36,107 nucleotides of DNA from a virus, in the IMG/VR virus record IMGVR_UViG_3300025502_000077, one strand, 5' to 3'. Below are positions 17,957 through 26,724 of the stretch, piece by piece. Position 1 is the first letter of the stretch. Each line of letters opens with the position of its first letter. The translations under genes were made by a program, and so were the position numbers. Below the pieces are notes generated by a model, which saw only the letters and a list, made by a program, of their open reading frames with translations, did no database searches and had not been told where the DNA came from.

Positions 17957-18364
17957 TCAATCCTCCTCATTGTCAAACACTACTTCCCCTAACAGTCGGG
18001 CTAAGTACCACTGAGCCTTCTGTAAATCTTCTACTGGCTTGCCTTTGTAGTCATAGCGCCACAGGTACTTCATGCAGTTGCCCTTGAGGTAGCCCCTGAA
18101 AGCTTCAGGAGTCATCGACTCTTCGATGGCTTCAATACACTCTACGTTGCCTGTGTTGTAGTGGTTGGGTGAATTTACTGCATCCCAGTCTTCTCTAGAA
18201 ACTTTGAGGGCATAGCCGTTTTCATCGTATCCGTCAAACTCTTCTGCGGCTGCGTCAAGATAAACTTTCATTTGATCATCTATTGACGGCTTCGGAATCT
18301 CTAATGGCGGATGCTGCTTTCGTAATCTATTCCAGTCTGCTGGTGTTGCGTTATTAATGCTCAT
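17957..18364 (-). CDS. DUF3310-family phage protein (135 aa)
   Basis: NHYNTGNVECIEAIEESMTPEAFRGYLKGNCMKYLWRYDYKGKPVEDLQKAQWYLARL matches the DUF3310 signature (NHY..iE.I....f..gN..KY..R...K...DL.KA..Y). Confidence 0.7.
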   Translation of the reverse strand: MSINNATPADWNRLRKQHPPLEIPKPSIDDQMKVYLDAAAEEFDGYDENGYALKVSREDWDAVNSPNHYNTGNVECIEAIEESMTPEAFRGYLKGNCMKYLWRYDYKGKPVEDLQKAQWYLARLLGEVVFDNEED

Positions 18365-18518
18365 CTTTAAAATCCTCTTGAAATTCTGACAACCTATCGT
18401 TTATCCTGTTGCTGAACTTAGCTACTAGATCTTGAGAGGTTATGTCTAAGATCTCTAATAGCGTTATCTCGTCCAACTGCTCCAGTTTTTCTAATATGTC
18501 ATAGTATGTGGCGGTCAT
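18354..18518 (-). CDS. Hypothetical acidic protein (54 aa; start trimmed to the ATG with a GGAG RBS)
   Basis: ACGGAGATCAGGATG. The track start at 18587 would overlap the upstream gene by 89 nt. Confidence 0.45.
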   Translation of the reverse strand: MTATYYDILEKLEQLDEITLLEILDITSQDLVAKFSNRINDRLSEFQEDFKDEH

Positions 18519-19287
18519 CCTGATCTCCGTACTTCTCTCGCAGATAGTTGATACTAACTGGTAACTCGTCACAACCGCCATTAGCAACTTCGTTTAGCAT
18601 CCAAATACCTGCCCAGCTTCCGTTAGTCTGTGGCGATAAGTAATCTTCGTCATGTTGGTAGTAGATCCCAGAGAACAAGCCCAGCATGTTTGTGCCGTCA
18701 GCTTTACGTGCATAGGCTATGTCTCTATCCTGAACATGTCCCATAATACAACTCATGTATTTCTTCTGCAACATCAACTTAGCACTGCTTACTGGTCGCC
18801 CCATAACACCGCTTGTGAAGAAGTGGCAGTAGGCAATCTCGTCAATGATGACAGGATCTAAAAAGTCATACACTTCCCAGCCCATCTCTTCCAGCTTAAA
18901 GTCTTCAAACTTCAGCAAGCCTTCTAGTTTCGGGTCGGATTCTACAGCGCGTGTGATGCGGTTCTCGTGATTGCCCAGAGTAAACACCATACGTGGACGC
19001 CACTGCTTGTGTTTGTTAACCTTCAAGCGCTTCTGCTCTTCTCTAATAGGCGCTAAGAACTCTTCCATGCCAGCGATACCTGCTTCAATGTCCTGCAAGT
19101 AGCGTCTACCCTCGAAGCTTTTAGTGCCTACGTCATAGCTGCTCAATGACGGCATATCCCAGTGGTCACCAATGTGTATAATAACATCTGGCTTCTTGTC
19201 TGCTGCGTATTGACCAGCCCATCGTAGATGCTCTAAGGACTGTCCAGGCTTTACCTGCGTATCTGGTATTACTAGATGCTTAGTCAT
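18499..19287 (-). CDS. Calcineurin-like metallophosphoesterase (262 aa)
   Basis: Motifs VIPDTQ, GDHWD and GNHENR in the canonical order. Confidence 0.75.
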   Translation of the reverse strand: MTKHLVIPDTQVKPGQSLEHLRWAGQYAADKKPDVIIHIGDHWDMPSLSSYDVGTKSFEGRRYLQDIEAGIAGMEEFLAPIREEQKRLKVNKHKQWRPRMVFTLGNHENRITRAVESDPKLEGLLKFEDFKLEEMGWEVYDFLDPVIIDEIAYCHFFTSGVMGRPVSSAKLMLQKKYMSCIMGHVQDRDIAYARKADGTNMLGLFSGIYYQHDEDYLSPQTNGSWAGIWMLNEVANGGCDELPVSINYLREKYGDQDDRHIL

Positions 19288-19290
19288 GGG

Positions 19291-19824
19291 TTACCCTTCT
19301 GTGTTCTCATGGATTACCGGTTCACAATCGCCGTGGTGGGCGAAGATACCGTGTAGTTCTTCTCGCGCTTTCCTAACTACTGCGTCTGCTTCTTCTGGTG
19401 TCTTGTAAGACCCTAGATGAATATTTTTGCTCTCTAAGGTAATATAGGCTTTCCAAGATTTTAGGCGTGTGTCCCAGCTGACTCCTTTATAGCCGCTTGT
19501 GTTATTTCTATTGATCTTTCTGTTATGCTGATTCTGGCCAGCAGTAACTGCTCTTAGATTTTCAATACGATTGTCTGAGCGCTTACCGTTTATGTGATCT
19601 ATTGTTTTAGGCAGGTATCCTTTATGCATTAAAAACACAAGTCGATGTGCCCTATGTTTTTTGTAATTTAGGTCTATTTTTATGTACCCATGCGTATCGA
19701 CAGTACCAGCGATAGCGCCTTTTTTTACTTTTCCGTTTGCTTTAGATTCTCTCCAAATTAAATCACCAGTTTCTTTATCATACTCAAACAACTCGTTTAA
19801 TAAACCTACAGTTAAATCTCTCAT
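19291..19824 (-). CDS. Free-standing HNH homing endonuclease with an AP2-type DNA-binding domain (177 aa)
   Basis: HNH_3-like DHINGKRSDNRIENLRAVTAGQN, followed by SGYKGVSW...SWKAYI...HLGSYKTPEEA (AP2/integrase-type domain). Confidence 0.75.
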   Translation of the reverse strand: MRDLTVGLLNELFEYDKETGDLIWRESKANGKVKKGAIAGTVDTHGYIKIDLNYKKHRAHRLVFLMHKGYLPKTIDHINGKRSDNRIENLRAVTAGQNQHNRKINRNNTSGYKGVSWDTRLKSWKAYITLESKNIHLGSYKTPEEADAVVRKAREELHGIFAHHGDCEPVIHENTEG

Positions 19825-20246
19825 TTCTTTCTCCGCTTACGTTCGTCTGCTGTCTTCTCAGCATGACACTTGTAACACAGCACCTGATAGCCTGGCGCTT
19901 CTAGGAACATTCTGTCAATGTAGGTGTTCCAATCTACGAAGCCGACTTCTGGTTTAACAACCGGATCTATATGATCTACTGCTGCGTTGTTTCTTTTACG
20001 CTTACGTCCTTCGAGTGCAGGGAGAGTAGCTGCTGCTATCTTCTTACAAGCAGCGCACTTGTACTTACCACGCTCTACCCAAGACTTCTTCTTAACATCA
20101 TGCTTGACACCCCACTTACCATGAGCGCCACGTAATGCTGAGATAATGAAGGACCGGAAACGCGCTTCTGTCCATCTTCCGTTATTTCTCACCTTTAAAC
20201 TCCCATATCTCACCTTCGTGGCGTCTAAGCCAGAGCATCCTGCCAT
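19821..20246 (-). CDS. HNH endonuclease (up to 141 aa; true start possibly the GTG near 20192)
   Basis: CAACKK...DHIDPV...CYKCHAEKT (Zn-Cys pairs plus H-N-H). The ATG at 20246 overlaps the exonuclease gene by 65 nt. A GTG preceded by GGGAG would give an 11-nt overlap. Confidence 0.65.
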   Translation of the reverse strand: MAGCSGLDATKVRYGSLKVRNNGRWTEARFRSFIISALRGAHGKWGVKHDVKKKSWVERGKYKCAACKKIAAATLPALEGRKRKRNNAAVDHIDPVVKPEVGFVDWNTYIDRMFLEAPGYQVLCYKCHAEKTADERKRRKK

Positions 20247-20874
20247 TCTCTATTACTCTGTCTTCGTCGCCGTCGTACATCTCTACGCACTTGTTGTAGT
20301 AGTCCTGCTCAGTGACACAGTCCTCTAACAACTTAGATGACTTCTTCTCGCCTATACCGTAGATGCCGACAATGTTATCAATGCGGTCACCCATTAGTAT
20401 CTGGCGGTAGAAGAACAACATGCCTTCCTCTGGCGTTACGTAGTATTTAGTCCGCTTTACGAAGTTGTAGTGCCAGCCAGGGATCTGATCGAAGTCCTTA
20501 TCCAGGGAGACCATAATAGCTTTGTCGCCAATTGCAGTGGCTGCTATAGCTATGGCATCGTCTGCCTCTTCCCCGTCTGTCACTACTGCTGCCCATTGAT
20601 CGATAAGGTGTTGTCTCAGTGCTTGAATGTGGACTGGCTTTGCCTTATCTTTTCGGTTGCCCTTGTAGGGAGCAGTTACTGCGTAGTCGTTGCGAAAGTT
20701 TCCTTTACCCGTGAGATACAGAACATACTCGGACTCTTCTTCATCGGCTCCAAGATGGAATGCTAAAAGGTCGGTGATAAAGCCATCAATACCTCTGATG
20801 GCTGCTTTCTCAGACTCTTCGTTACAAGACCAGCCTAGACGATAGACCAAAATGTCTGCATCAATTAAGATCAC
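20182..20874 (-). CDS. 5'-3' exonuclease / flap endonuclease (T7 gp6-like, 230 aa)
   Basis: N-terminal LIDADILVYR; acidic clusters GEEADD and SLDKDFDQ, typical of PIN/FEN-fold exonucleases. The gene lies in the replication module. Confidence 0.75.
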   Translation of the reverse strand: MILIDADILVYRLGWSCNEESEKAAIRGIDGFITDLLAFHLGADEEESEYVLYLTGKGNFRNDYAVTAPYKGNRKDKAKPVHIQALRQHLIDQWAAVVTDGEEADDAIAIAATAIGDKAIMVSLDKDFDQIPGWHYNFVKRTKYYVTPEEGMLFFYRQILMGDRIDNIVGIYGIGEKKSSKLLEDCVTEQDYYNKCVEMYDGDEDRVIENGRMLWLRRHEGEIWEFKGEK

Positions 20875-21269
20875 AAAGCTTCTGCCATATCTACTTCAGG
20901 CGTGTACTGGATGAGGTCTGTGATCACTAGCTTCATAAGAGAAGGGCTACGGCCTTTAGCGCCTGACGGGCTAGTCCAGTCGTAGTGACCAATGACAGCT
21001 TTAGCCTTGGAGTTGTTGGCAATCAAGACGCCTTTAATCTCTGTCCCATCTGTGTCATACGCTCGGATTGGCTTGCTAGACTTGCAGGTAATAAACTCGC
21101 CTTGCTCTGCCTTGTTGCGTACATTGATGCCCATCTCTTCCAGGGCGTCTACAGCGTTGCTAGACAGGTTAGCTAGATTTACCTGGTACTTGCCTGACAG
21201 TTTGTTCTCTTCTACCAGGTTAGCCCACATTACGTCTGCTTGAATTGTTACTGGTTTTGCTTGTTCCAT
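20871..21269 (-). CDS. Putative ssDNA-binding protein, gp2.5/DUF2815-like (132 aa)
   Basis: Located between polymerase and exonuclease. Has SGKYQVNL and a late G..G.S..L..V pattern reminiscent of T7 gp2.5, plus a short acidic C-terminus. By-eye call. Confidence 0.5.
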   Translation of the reverse strand: MEQAKPVTIQADVMWANLVEENKLSGKYQVNLANLSSNAVDALEEMGINVRNKAEQGEFITCKSSKPIRAYDTDGTEIKGVLIANNSKAKAVIGHYDWTSPSGAKGRSPSLMKLVITDLIQYTPEVDMAEAL

Positions 21270-21333
21270 GATATCACCTTTGATTGAAATAGTTTGTTTA
21301 AGTGTTGTTTTAGATCACAACTGATCTATGTAT

Positions 21334-21363
21334 ATTATACCACACAAACTTTAGAAAAGTCAA
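21334..21363 (-). promoter_or_regulatory. Sigma70-type promoter (middle) for the SSB-to-nrdJ block
   Basis: Minus strand: TTGACT-N18-TATAAT with TGg extended -10. The -35 overlaps the polymerase stop. It is followed by the 7-bp-arm palindrome TAGATCAcaacTGATCTA (21311-21328). Confidence 0.6.
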
Positions 21364-23003
21364 TGTGTTTCTGCCCAATTGTTACCTATGTTGAACTCAC
21401 CATCCAGAGGGCAGCGCAGATCGAAGTGCTCACCTGCTTTCTGAATAGCTTTTACTGCTACCTTGCCTACTGCCTTAGCGAAGTGCTCTGGCGTTTCCAC
21501 TTGAAATTCATCATGTACGTTAGCCACAATCTTAAAAGGTATCCCGCGAGCTGTCAAGCTGTCTGACAATATTATCAACGCTTGCTTCATTACTATAGCG
21601 CCTGCACCTTGCAGCAGTGTGTTGAGTGCTGCGTGTTGTGACCTGACTCTTAGTCGTCTGCCGTCAAGACCCTGTAGAGTGCCTGAGAGGGCCAGTCTAG
21701 CCACTTTGTCACGGAGCTTAGCCAATGCTGGCGTGTTGCGTAGAAACGCCGCCATGAGCTGCTGTCCTTCCTTGTAACCACCTTTAACAATCTCGCCTAT
21801 CTTAGCCGGCCCTGCGCCGTACAGGAAAGCGTATATAAATGTCTTCGCCTGGTTGCGGTCCGTAAGCCCTGCTGCCTTCATATTAGCAGTGTGTATGTCA
21901 CCGCTTAGGATCTCGTTGGTGTACTTGGTGTCTCGCATGTAATGTGCCAGCATACGTAGCTCTAAACCACTGGCGTCTATACCTACTAGCTTGTAACCAT
22001 GCGGTACAGTCCAGAAGGATCTACACTCTTTACCATACGGCGCTGTCACTGACGGAACTTGAGCCATGTTAGGGCTGAGATGTGTCATTCTACCTGTCAC
22101 AGCGCCATTAGTGATGACTCTACCATGCACTCTGCCGTTCTTCTCGAAGGATAACCAGGAATCTATCTGCGCTGAGCGCTTCTGCAGCATAAGATACTCG
22201 TAAATAACCTTAGCTTCTGGAATGTCAATACCTTCAAGCACTTTTTCGTTAACAATTACAGAACCTTTCTCAGTTTTCTGAGAGAATATAACACCTGCTT
22301 CTGCCAACCTCTCCGCTATCTGCTTCCGTGACCCCACATTGAACTCTGTTACCTTGTCCTTCAGCTGCTTTCCCGTCTTCTCCGACCATCTCTCTTCCAC
22401 TATCGGTGGAAACACCTTCTGCAGGTCTGTTGTTATCGTTCGCATCCTGTGAGTTATCGTTTGGTAGAGGGATGTCGCCCCACTGACGTCTAGTACGAAA
22501 CCATTTCTCTCCTGAACCGCCGTAATGATGGCGACCTTGTGCTCTAAATCTACGCATGTGTCGATGAAATCCTCTTGTTTAAGCACGTTAAGCAAATGTG
22601 TATACAGTCTAGTGGTTAAAGCTACGTCCTGCTTGCAATAATCTATCATCTCATCGGATAGACCAGCATTGTAGTCTGAAAAGTCAAGCTTTAAATCACC
22701 AAATCTCTTGCCCCAGCTATCTAAACTGTGTCCACCTTCCAGGGGAGGGTTATACAACCTGCTGAGGACTAAAGTATCTATCAACTGATTGTCTGGTAGC
22801 TGTAATCCCCACACGTTTGCAAGCACTGGGGCGTCGAATCCTATGATATTGTGACCAATTACACCTGTTGCCTCACGTAATACAGGTATAAGAGTGTCTG
22901 GAGAAGTGTGAACAAGCTGTTTGCCTGTCTTGACTTCCTCAGTTACTCCGCACCAGATCGTATCGTGGTCGGTGTTGGTCTCTAAATCTAGTGTAATCAA
23001 CAT
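21360..23003 (-). CDS. Family A DNA polymerase with 3'-5' exonuclease domain (547 aa, T7 gp5-like but compact)
   Basis: Exo motifs DLET, HNIIGFD and YCKQD. Pol motif A is DASGLELRMLAH, motif B is RNQAKTFIYAFLYGAG, and motif C is VHDEFQVE. Confidence 0.9.
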   Translation of the reverse strand: MLITLDLETNTDHDTIWCGVTEEVKTGKQLVHTSPDTLIPVLREATGVIGHNIIGFDAPVLANVWGLQLPDNQLIDTLVLSRLYNPPLEGGHSLDSWGKRFGDLKLDFSDYNAGLSDEMIDYCKQDVALTTRLYTHLLNVLKQEDFIDTCVDLEHKVAIITAVQERNGFVLDVSGATSLYQTITHRMRTITTDLQKVFPPIVEERWSEKTGKQLKDKVTEFNVGSRKQIAERLAEAGVIFSQKTEKGSVIVNEKVLEGIDIPEAKVIYEYLMLQKRSAQIDSWLSFEKNGRVHGRVITNGAVTGRMTHLSPNMAQVPSVTAPYGKECRSFWTVPHGYKLVGIDASGLELRMLAHYMRDTKYTNEILSGDIHTANMKAAGLTDRNQAKTFIYAFLYGAGPAKIGEIVKGGYKEGQQLMAAFLRNTPALAKLRDKVARLALSGTLQGLDGRRLRVRSQHAALNTLLQGAGAIVMKQALIILSDSLTARGIPFKIVANVHDEFQVETPEHFAKAVGKVAVKAIQKAGEHFDLRCPLDGEFNIGNNWAETH

Positions 23004-23098
23004 AGTAGTGCCTTGCCGTATCTGGCTTGTTGCTGTGTCTGTCGTAAGGGTTAGCGTGTCTTATCTGTGTTTGTCTTTCTTGTATGTCTAGCACCCAG

Positions 23099-23296
23099 TT
23101 ACCTATCTTGCTCATTGTCATCCACCATTGGTTCAAAGTCTGACTCCGATTTTAAGTCTATCCTGTCAATCGTGTCAATATCTTCTGATGTGTAAGCGCA
23201 ACAACTGTTGCATAAATCCAGGAAAGTCCCAGACACTGCAGACTTACGTGTCGCTTCAAAGTCTGATAGAGCTACGTTACAGGCTAAACATCTCAC
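23099..23296 (-). CDS. Small zinc-ribbon protein (65 aa)
   Basis: CLAC...CNSCC cysteine pairs; acidic C-terminus; coupled to the primase-helicase stop. Confidence 0.55.
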   Translation of the reverse strand: MRCLACNVALSDFEATRKSAVSGTFLDLCNSCCAYTSEDIDTIDRIDLKSESDFEPMVDDNEQDR

Positions 23297-24906
23297 AAGG
23301 CTTCCTCCATAATTTCTGACATTCTACCGCTTTCTTGGTTATAGAGCAAGCCCGCTGCCCGTCCTGTAATACCTGCAAAGCGATTCTTCAGAATTCTTAC
23401 GTGGGTTGTGTTGCGTTCTATTGGGTCAGCTGCCTGGCCGTTCCTTTCAAGCCCTATCACCATGTCAGATAGCTGAGCTATAGATGCTGAGCCTCTGAGC
23501 TGTGACAGTGAACTAGCAGCACCTTCCTCGTGACCCTTGCCGTCTGGTCTCTTCAAGTGGCTCACCATAAACAGCGTGATGCCTGTCTCTTGAACTAGCA
23601 TCCTGAGCTTGGTGCAGATCTCATCCAGTGCCTTACGTTCGTCGCCGTTGCTCTGAGCTGATACAACAATAGAGACATGGTCTAGGAACAAGAACTTGGT
23701 GTCCAGCGCTTTTGCCATGTAGCGACAGCGGGCAACAATGTTATCGATACTGGTGCTTCCAAAGTGGTCAAACAAATACAAGCGGTTAGTGCCCATAGTT
23801 TTCTCGAAAGCATCCCAGCGTTCCTCCTCTGTAGTCTCTACTGTTGGTAGGTGTATAGGCTTGTTAGCTGCTAGTGACATAAGCGAAAGAGCTGTCTTAC
23901 GTGCGTTCTCTTCCAGGAACAACAAGCCAATGTTTTCTTCTGAGTTCTGCAGTATGTGCCAGACTATCTCTCTGACAAACTGAGACTTACCCAGTCCAGA
24001 ACCTGCAGTAATTGTAACTAGCTCTGCCTCTCTGATGCCGTAAGTAAGCTTGTTAACACCTGCCCAGGGATACATCACTGCAGCAGTCTCTACTGGCCTG
24101 TTCACTTCGTCCCAAAGACTAGCGCCGTTGATGATACCGTCTGGAACAAATCGCTCTGCAGCCCAGAAGGATGCTATATAGGCTCTGTCGTCGTCCTGGA
24201 GTAAGAAGTCGCAAGCGTCTTTGTACTGGCTCGGGTACTTCATCACCTTAGACTTGCCGCTGAACAGCTCAGCAACCTCTCTGGCAGCCTTAATGCCTGG
24301 CTCATCGCTGTCAAAAGAGATAACAATGGTGTCGAAGGTGTCTAGCCACTCGTAAGCGGCCTTACAGTCGCCTAGAGCGCCGCTAGAGCCGTTCTTGATA
24401 CTGACTACAGGGAACTTGCTCCCCTGCATCTGGTAGCTCGCCAGGGCGTCGAATTCGCCTTCTGTTATTGTGACAGTCTTACCACCTTTACTGAACAAGT
24501 GCTGGCCGAACAGTCCAGAATCTTCCCAGTTACCCACCTTGTAGAATCGCTTGTCGTGCTGACGGATCTTGGAAGCTATCGGCGTGTTCGCATCGTCCGG
24601 TGAATGATAGCTGAAATAGGTCTTATCTGGGTTGTGAATGACGCCATATTTCTTAGCAGTCGCCGTTGTAATACCTCTCTCAGGTATAGCGTTATAGCGT
24701 CCAGTAGTAAGTAGGTTCTCTATTGATTCGAAGCTCTGCTTAGGGCGTGGCGTTTCCTCTATGTCTGGCATTGTAATAGCGCCGCTGTTGTCGCCCTTCT
24801 GAAAGTCGCCGCAGCTAAAGCATTTCTTTGATCCGTTCTCGTTGATAGCCGCTGCGTCTGACGAGCCGCAAGCATCACAGGGTAGGTGCGTCTGAGTAAA
24901 TGCCAT
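23293..24906 (-). CDS. Bifunctional primase-helicase (T7 gp4-like, 537 aa)
   Basis: N-terminal Cys4 zinc finger (CDACGS...CFSCG), TOPRIM (TEGEFDALA, FDSDEPG), and a DnaB-type Walker A GSGLGKSQF with Walker B LFLDHV. Confidence 0.9.
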   Translation of the reverse strand: MAFTQTHLPCDACGSSDAAAINENGSKKCFSCGDFQKGDNSGAITMPDIEETPRPKQSFESIENLLTTGRYNAIPERGITTATAKKYGVIHNPDKTYFSYHSPDDANTPIASKIRQHDKRFYKVGNWEDSGLFGQHLFSKGGKTVTITEGEFDALASYQMQGSKFPVVSIKNGSSGALGDCKAAYEWLDTFDTIVISFDSDEPGIKAAREVAELFSGKSKVMKYPSQYKDACDFLLQDDDRAYIASFWAAERFVPDGIINGASLWDEVNRPVETAAVMYPWAGVNKLTYGIREAELVTITAGSGLGKSQFVREIVWHILQNSEENIGLLFLEENARKTALSLMSLAANKPIHLPTVETTEEERWDAFEKTMGTNRLYLFDHFGSTSIDNIVARCRYMAKALDTKFLFLDHVSIVVSAQSNGDERKALDEICTKLRMLVQETGITLFMVSHLKRPDGKGHEEGAASSLSQLRGSASIAQLSDMVIGLERNGQAADPIERNTTHVRILKNRFAGITGRAAGLLYNQESGRMSEIMEEAL

Positions 24907-24907
24907 T

Positions 24908-25117
24908 TTAAATTTCCTCTATGTCGTATACGTAACCGTAAGAAATAATAAGGAACGGCAATAGTAGAATAAGACCGTCCATCGGCATAACCGTAGTCTC
25001 ATCTGTTTCCGTGTTGTAAACCCAAACAGGTCTAGATTCTACAGCCTCCAGGTCAAACAGGCCAACACCCATTCGGAACTCTATTGACAACAATCTATCG
25101 AATATCCACCATCTCAT
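24908..25117 (-). CDS. Hypothetical protein with a C-terminal hydrophobic segment (69 aa)
   Basis: Coupled ORF; LILLLPFLIISYGYV. Confidence 0.45.
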   Translation of the reverse strand: MRWWIFDRLLSIEFRMGVGLFDLEAVESRPVWVYNTETDETTVMPMDGLILLLPFLIISYGYVYDIEEI

Positions 25118-25311
25118 TATTTTATACCTCTGTTAAATTTATCATACTCTCGCATCTCTTTAAGAAACTGACTAAGTGCTTCAGTGTCCACCGCGTACAG
25201 TCTAGCAGCGTCTAATAAAGATAACAACCCGCCCCCAACATCATTGGCAGCTCTCAACAGCGCCATCGTGTACGGCGTCAGTGCGCCACTTGTCATATAT
25301 TGTTGAAACAT
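25117..25311 (-). CDS. Hypothetical protein (64 aa)
   Basis: ORF with a weak RBS; first gene after the 146-bp intergenic element. Confidence 0.45.
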   Translation of the reverse strand: MFQQYMTSGALTPYTMALLRAANDVGGGLLSLLDAARLYAVDTEALSQFLKEMREYDKFNRGIK

Positions 25312-25325
25312 AATTATTCGCCTGG

Positions 25326-25353
25326 TTGACAGTGTTTTTAATGTGACTATAAT
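25326..25353 (+). promoter_or_regulatory. Near-consensus sigma70 promoter pointing rightward (antisense) inside the leftward early operon
   Basis: TTGACA (25326-25331) - 16 nt - TATAAT (25348-25353), read directly. No + strand ORF follows. Confidence 0.6.
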
Positions 25354-25457
25354 AGATCTCTAGAGACCGCTAGTTATCTTTTAAAGCTCTTCAGAGGTTA
25401 ACAACAAGTAGTAGAAGCTAAAACCCTAAAAGAGCTCTAAAAGGTCTCTATAGAGCC

Positions 25458-25703
25458 TTAGAATCTTCTGCTAACGCTCTGCGCTAACTGGTCGTTTAAG
25501 TCCGCTAACATCTCTATATCATCCGCATCGGGTACAAAGTTTCTGTCACTCTCTAAAAACTTAAGATTCACCGCTAAGTCATTAGCCAGCATAAAAAAGT
25601 CTTCTCGCGCCTCTTTTGCGTATTGCTTCTGTAGTTGCTCTACCTTGTCGTTATCGTCTAGGTGTTCGTCGCCGTGTAGCCAACTATGGTCTTTACTATA
25701 CAT
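25458..25703 (-). CDS. Hypothetical acidic protein (81 aa; start trimmed)
   Basis: ATG at 25703 preceded by AGAGAGAGGT. The track start at 25757 would overlap the upstream gene. Confidence 0.5.
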   Translation of the reverse strand: MYSKDHSWLHGDEHLDDNDKVEQLQKQYAKEAREDFFMLANDLAVNLKFLESDRNFVPDADDIEMLADLNDQLAQSVSRRF

Positions 25704-25735
25704 GGTGTTACCTCTCTCTGTTGTTTGTTTGTCTA

Positions 25736-26005
25736 TTATAGCGCAATACGCAACCATTTATCAGACTCTCGCATTTCTTTATTCTCTAACCTGTTCTCTA
25801 GCTCCTCTCTGCGCCTTGCTAACGGCCCTATAATAGGCGGACCGCTCGGTCTAACGTCTCGCTCTGTGAAGTCTTTCTTGTAGCGTAGGCGGCTGTGCAG
25901 TGTTGACTTGTTGATCTCTGTTATTAGGTGAAGCGTCGGTATAGTGTAATAGGCGTTTGCAACCAGGCGCGGGTGATCTCCTATAAACTTAAAACTTTTA
26001 TTCAT
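25736..26005 (-). CDS. Small protein with a possible helix-turn-helix (89 aa; start trimmed)
   Basis: ATG at 26005 preceded by AGAGGAAA. The segment TLHLITEINKSTLHSRLRYKK looks HTH-like (weak). Confidence 0.4.
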   Translation of the reverse strand: MNKSFKFIGDHPRLVANAYYTIPTLHLITEINKSTLHSRLRYKKDFTERDVRPSGPPIIGPLARRREELENRLENKEMRESDKWLRIAL

Positions 26006-26077
26006 AATTTTTCCTCTATGACTCGATAGATGTTCATTAGTGCACCGCAAACGCTATTACGTATATCGCTGGTTGAA

Positions 26078-26242
26078 TCATGATCCCCATCTCGCCACCA
26101 TGCCCCATTGTATGGCCATTACAAGCGCCGCCACTGCTACCACTAAAGCTAGGACTAGTACAGTCTCTGCGACTATTAGTCGTAGCTGTTCGCGTCTCTG
26201 TGCCGCCTTGAATGCCTTGTTGCCTTTGTATATATGTAACAT
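26078..26242 (-). CDS. 54-aa single-TMD membrane protein; not in the supplied ORF track
   Basis: Hand translation: MLHIYKGNKAFKAAQRREQLRLIVAETVLVLALVVAVAALVMAIQWGMVARWGS. It starts 2 nt after the upstream stop. The + strand ORF 26040-26345 is its shadow. Confidence 0.45.
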   Translation of the reverse strand: MLHIYKGNKAFKAAQRREQLRLIVAETVLVLALVVAVAALVMAIQWGMVARWGS

Positions 26243-26243
26243 A

Positions 26244-26441
26244 TTATTCTACTCCCTCTATAAAGGTGTTGATTATCTGTTGGCTTTGATCTGTCACGTT
26301 GTATACGGTTACGGTCGTTATTCCATCGTCGCCCGTTGCGCTTAGCGTGTGGCCTGTCAGGGTAGCCCGCGCCCAGTACTTAGTGAACTGTTGAGCTAGT
26401 GCCCTGTTGTTGAATGTTAGCGTTGCGTCCATGTTATACAA
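26244..26441 (-). CDS. Hypothetical protein (65 aa)
   Basis: Coupled ORF in the early operon. Confidence 0.5.
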   Translation of the reverse strand: MYNMDATLTFNNRALAQQFTKYWARATLTGHTLSATGDDGITTVTVYNVTDQSQQIINTFIEGVE

Positions 26442-26724
26442 CCTCTCTTGCGTCTATGATTGACTCAATGTCGTTCTCTAAGTTGAAGCTAGTAGTCACA
26501 AAACCGCCACCGAATTCCTTACCACGGTACACCTTAAAACCTAGCTTATTAGCTCTCTGCTTTGCTATGTCGTAGTCGCCTATGCCTAGCTCATCATCAC
26601 GGAGAAAAGCGAGGTAGTGCGTAACGTAACGCGGGTTGCCGTTGCTGTCGTTGTTGACTCTATAGAAAGAATCATTGAACTGAGCTTCCAGGTCGGGGCT
26701 GATGTAACATTTTTGATTGTTCAT
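26434..26724 (-). CDS. Hypothetical early protein (96 aa)
   Basis: AGAGGT RBS; the motif NDSNGNPRYVTHY...FGGGFV looks conserved, but I cannot name the family. Confidence 0.55.
   Translation of the reverse strand: MNNQKCYISPDLEAQFNDSFYRVNNDSNGNPRYVTHYLAFLRDDELGIGDYDIAKQRANKLGFKVYRGKEFGGGFVTTSFNLENDIESIIDAREVV

Noticed and set aside
22939-23136. 65-aa minus-strand ORF (TTG start; possible ATG at 23115) bridging the zinc-ribbon gene and the DNA polymerase
   Set aside because: It overlaps the polymerase by 65 nt and the upstream gene as well, and it is Arg/His-rich with low complexity. It could be real, but I cannot support it from sequence alone.
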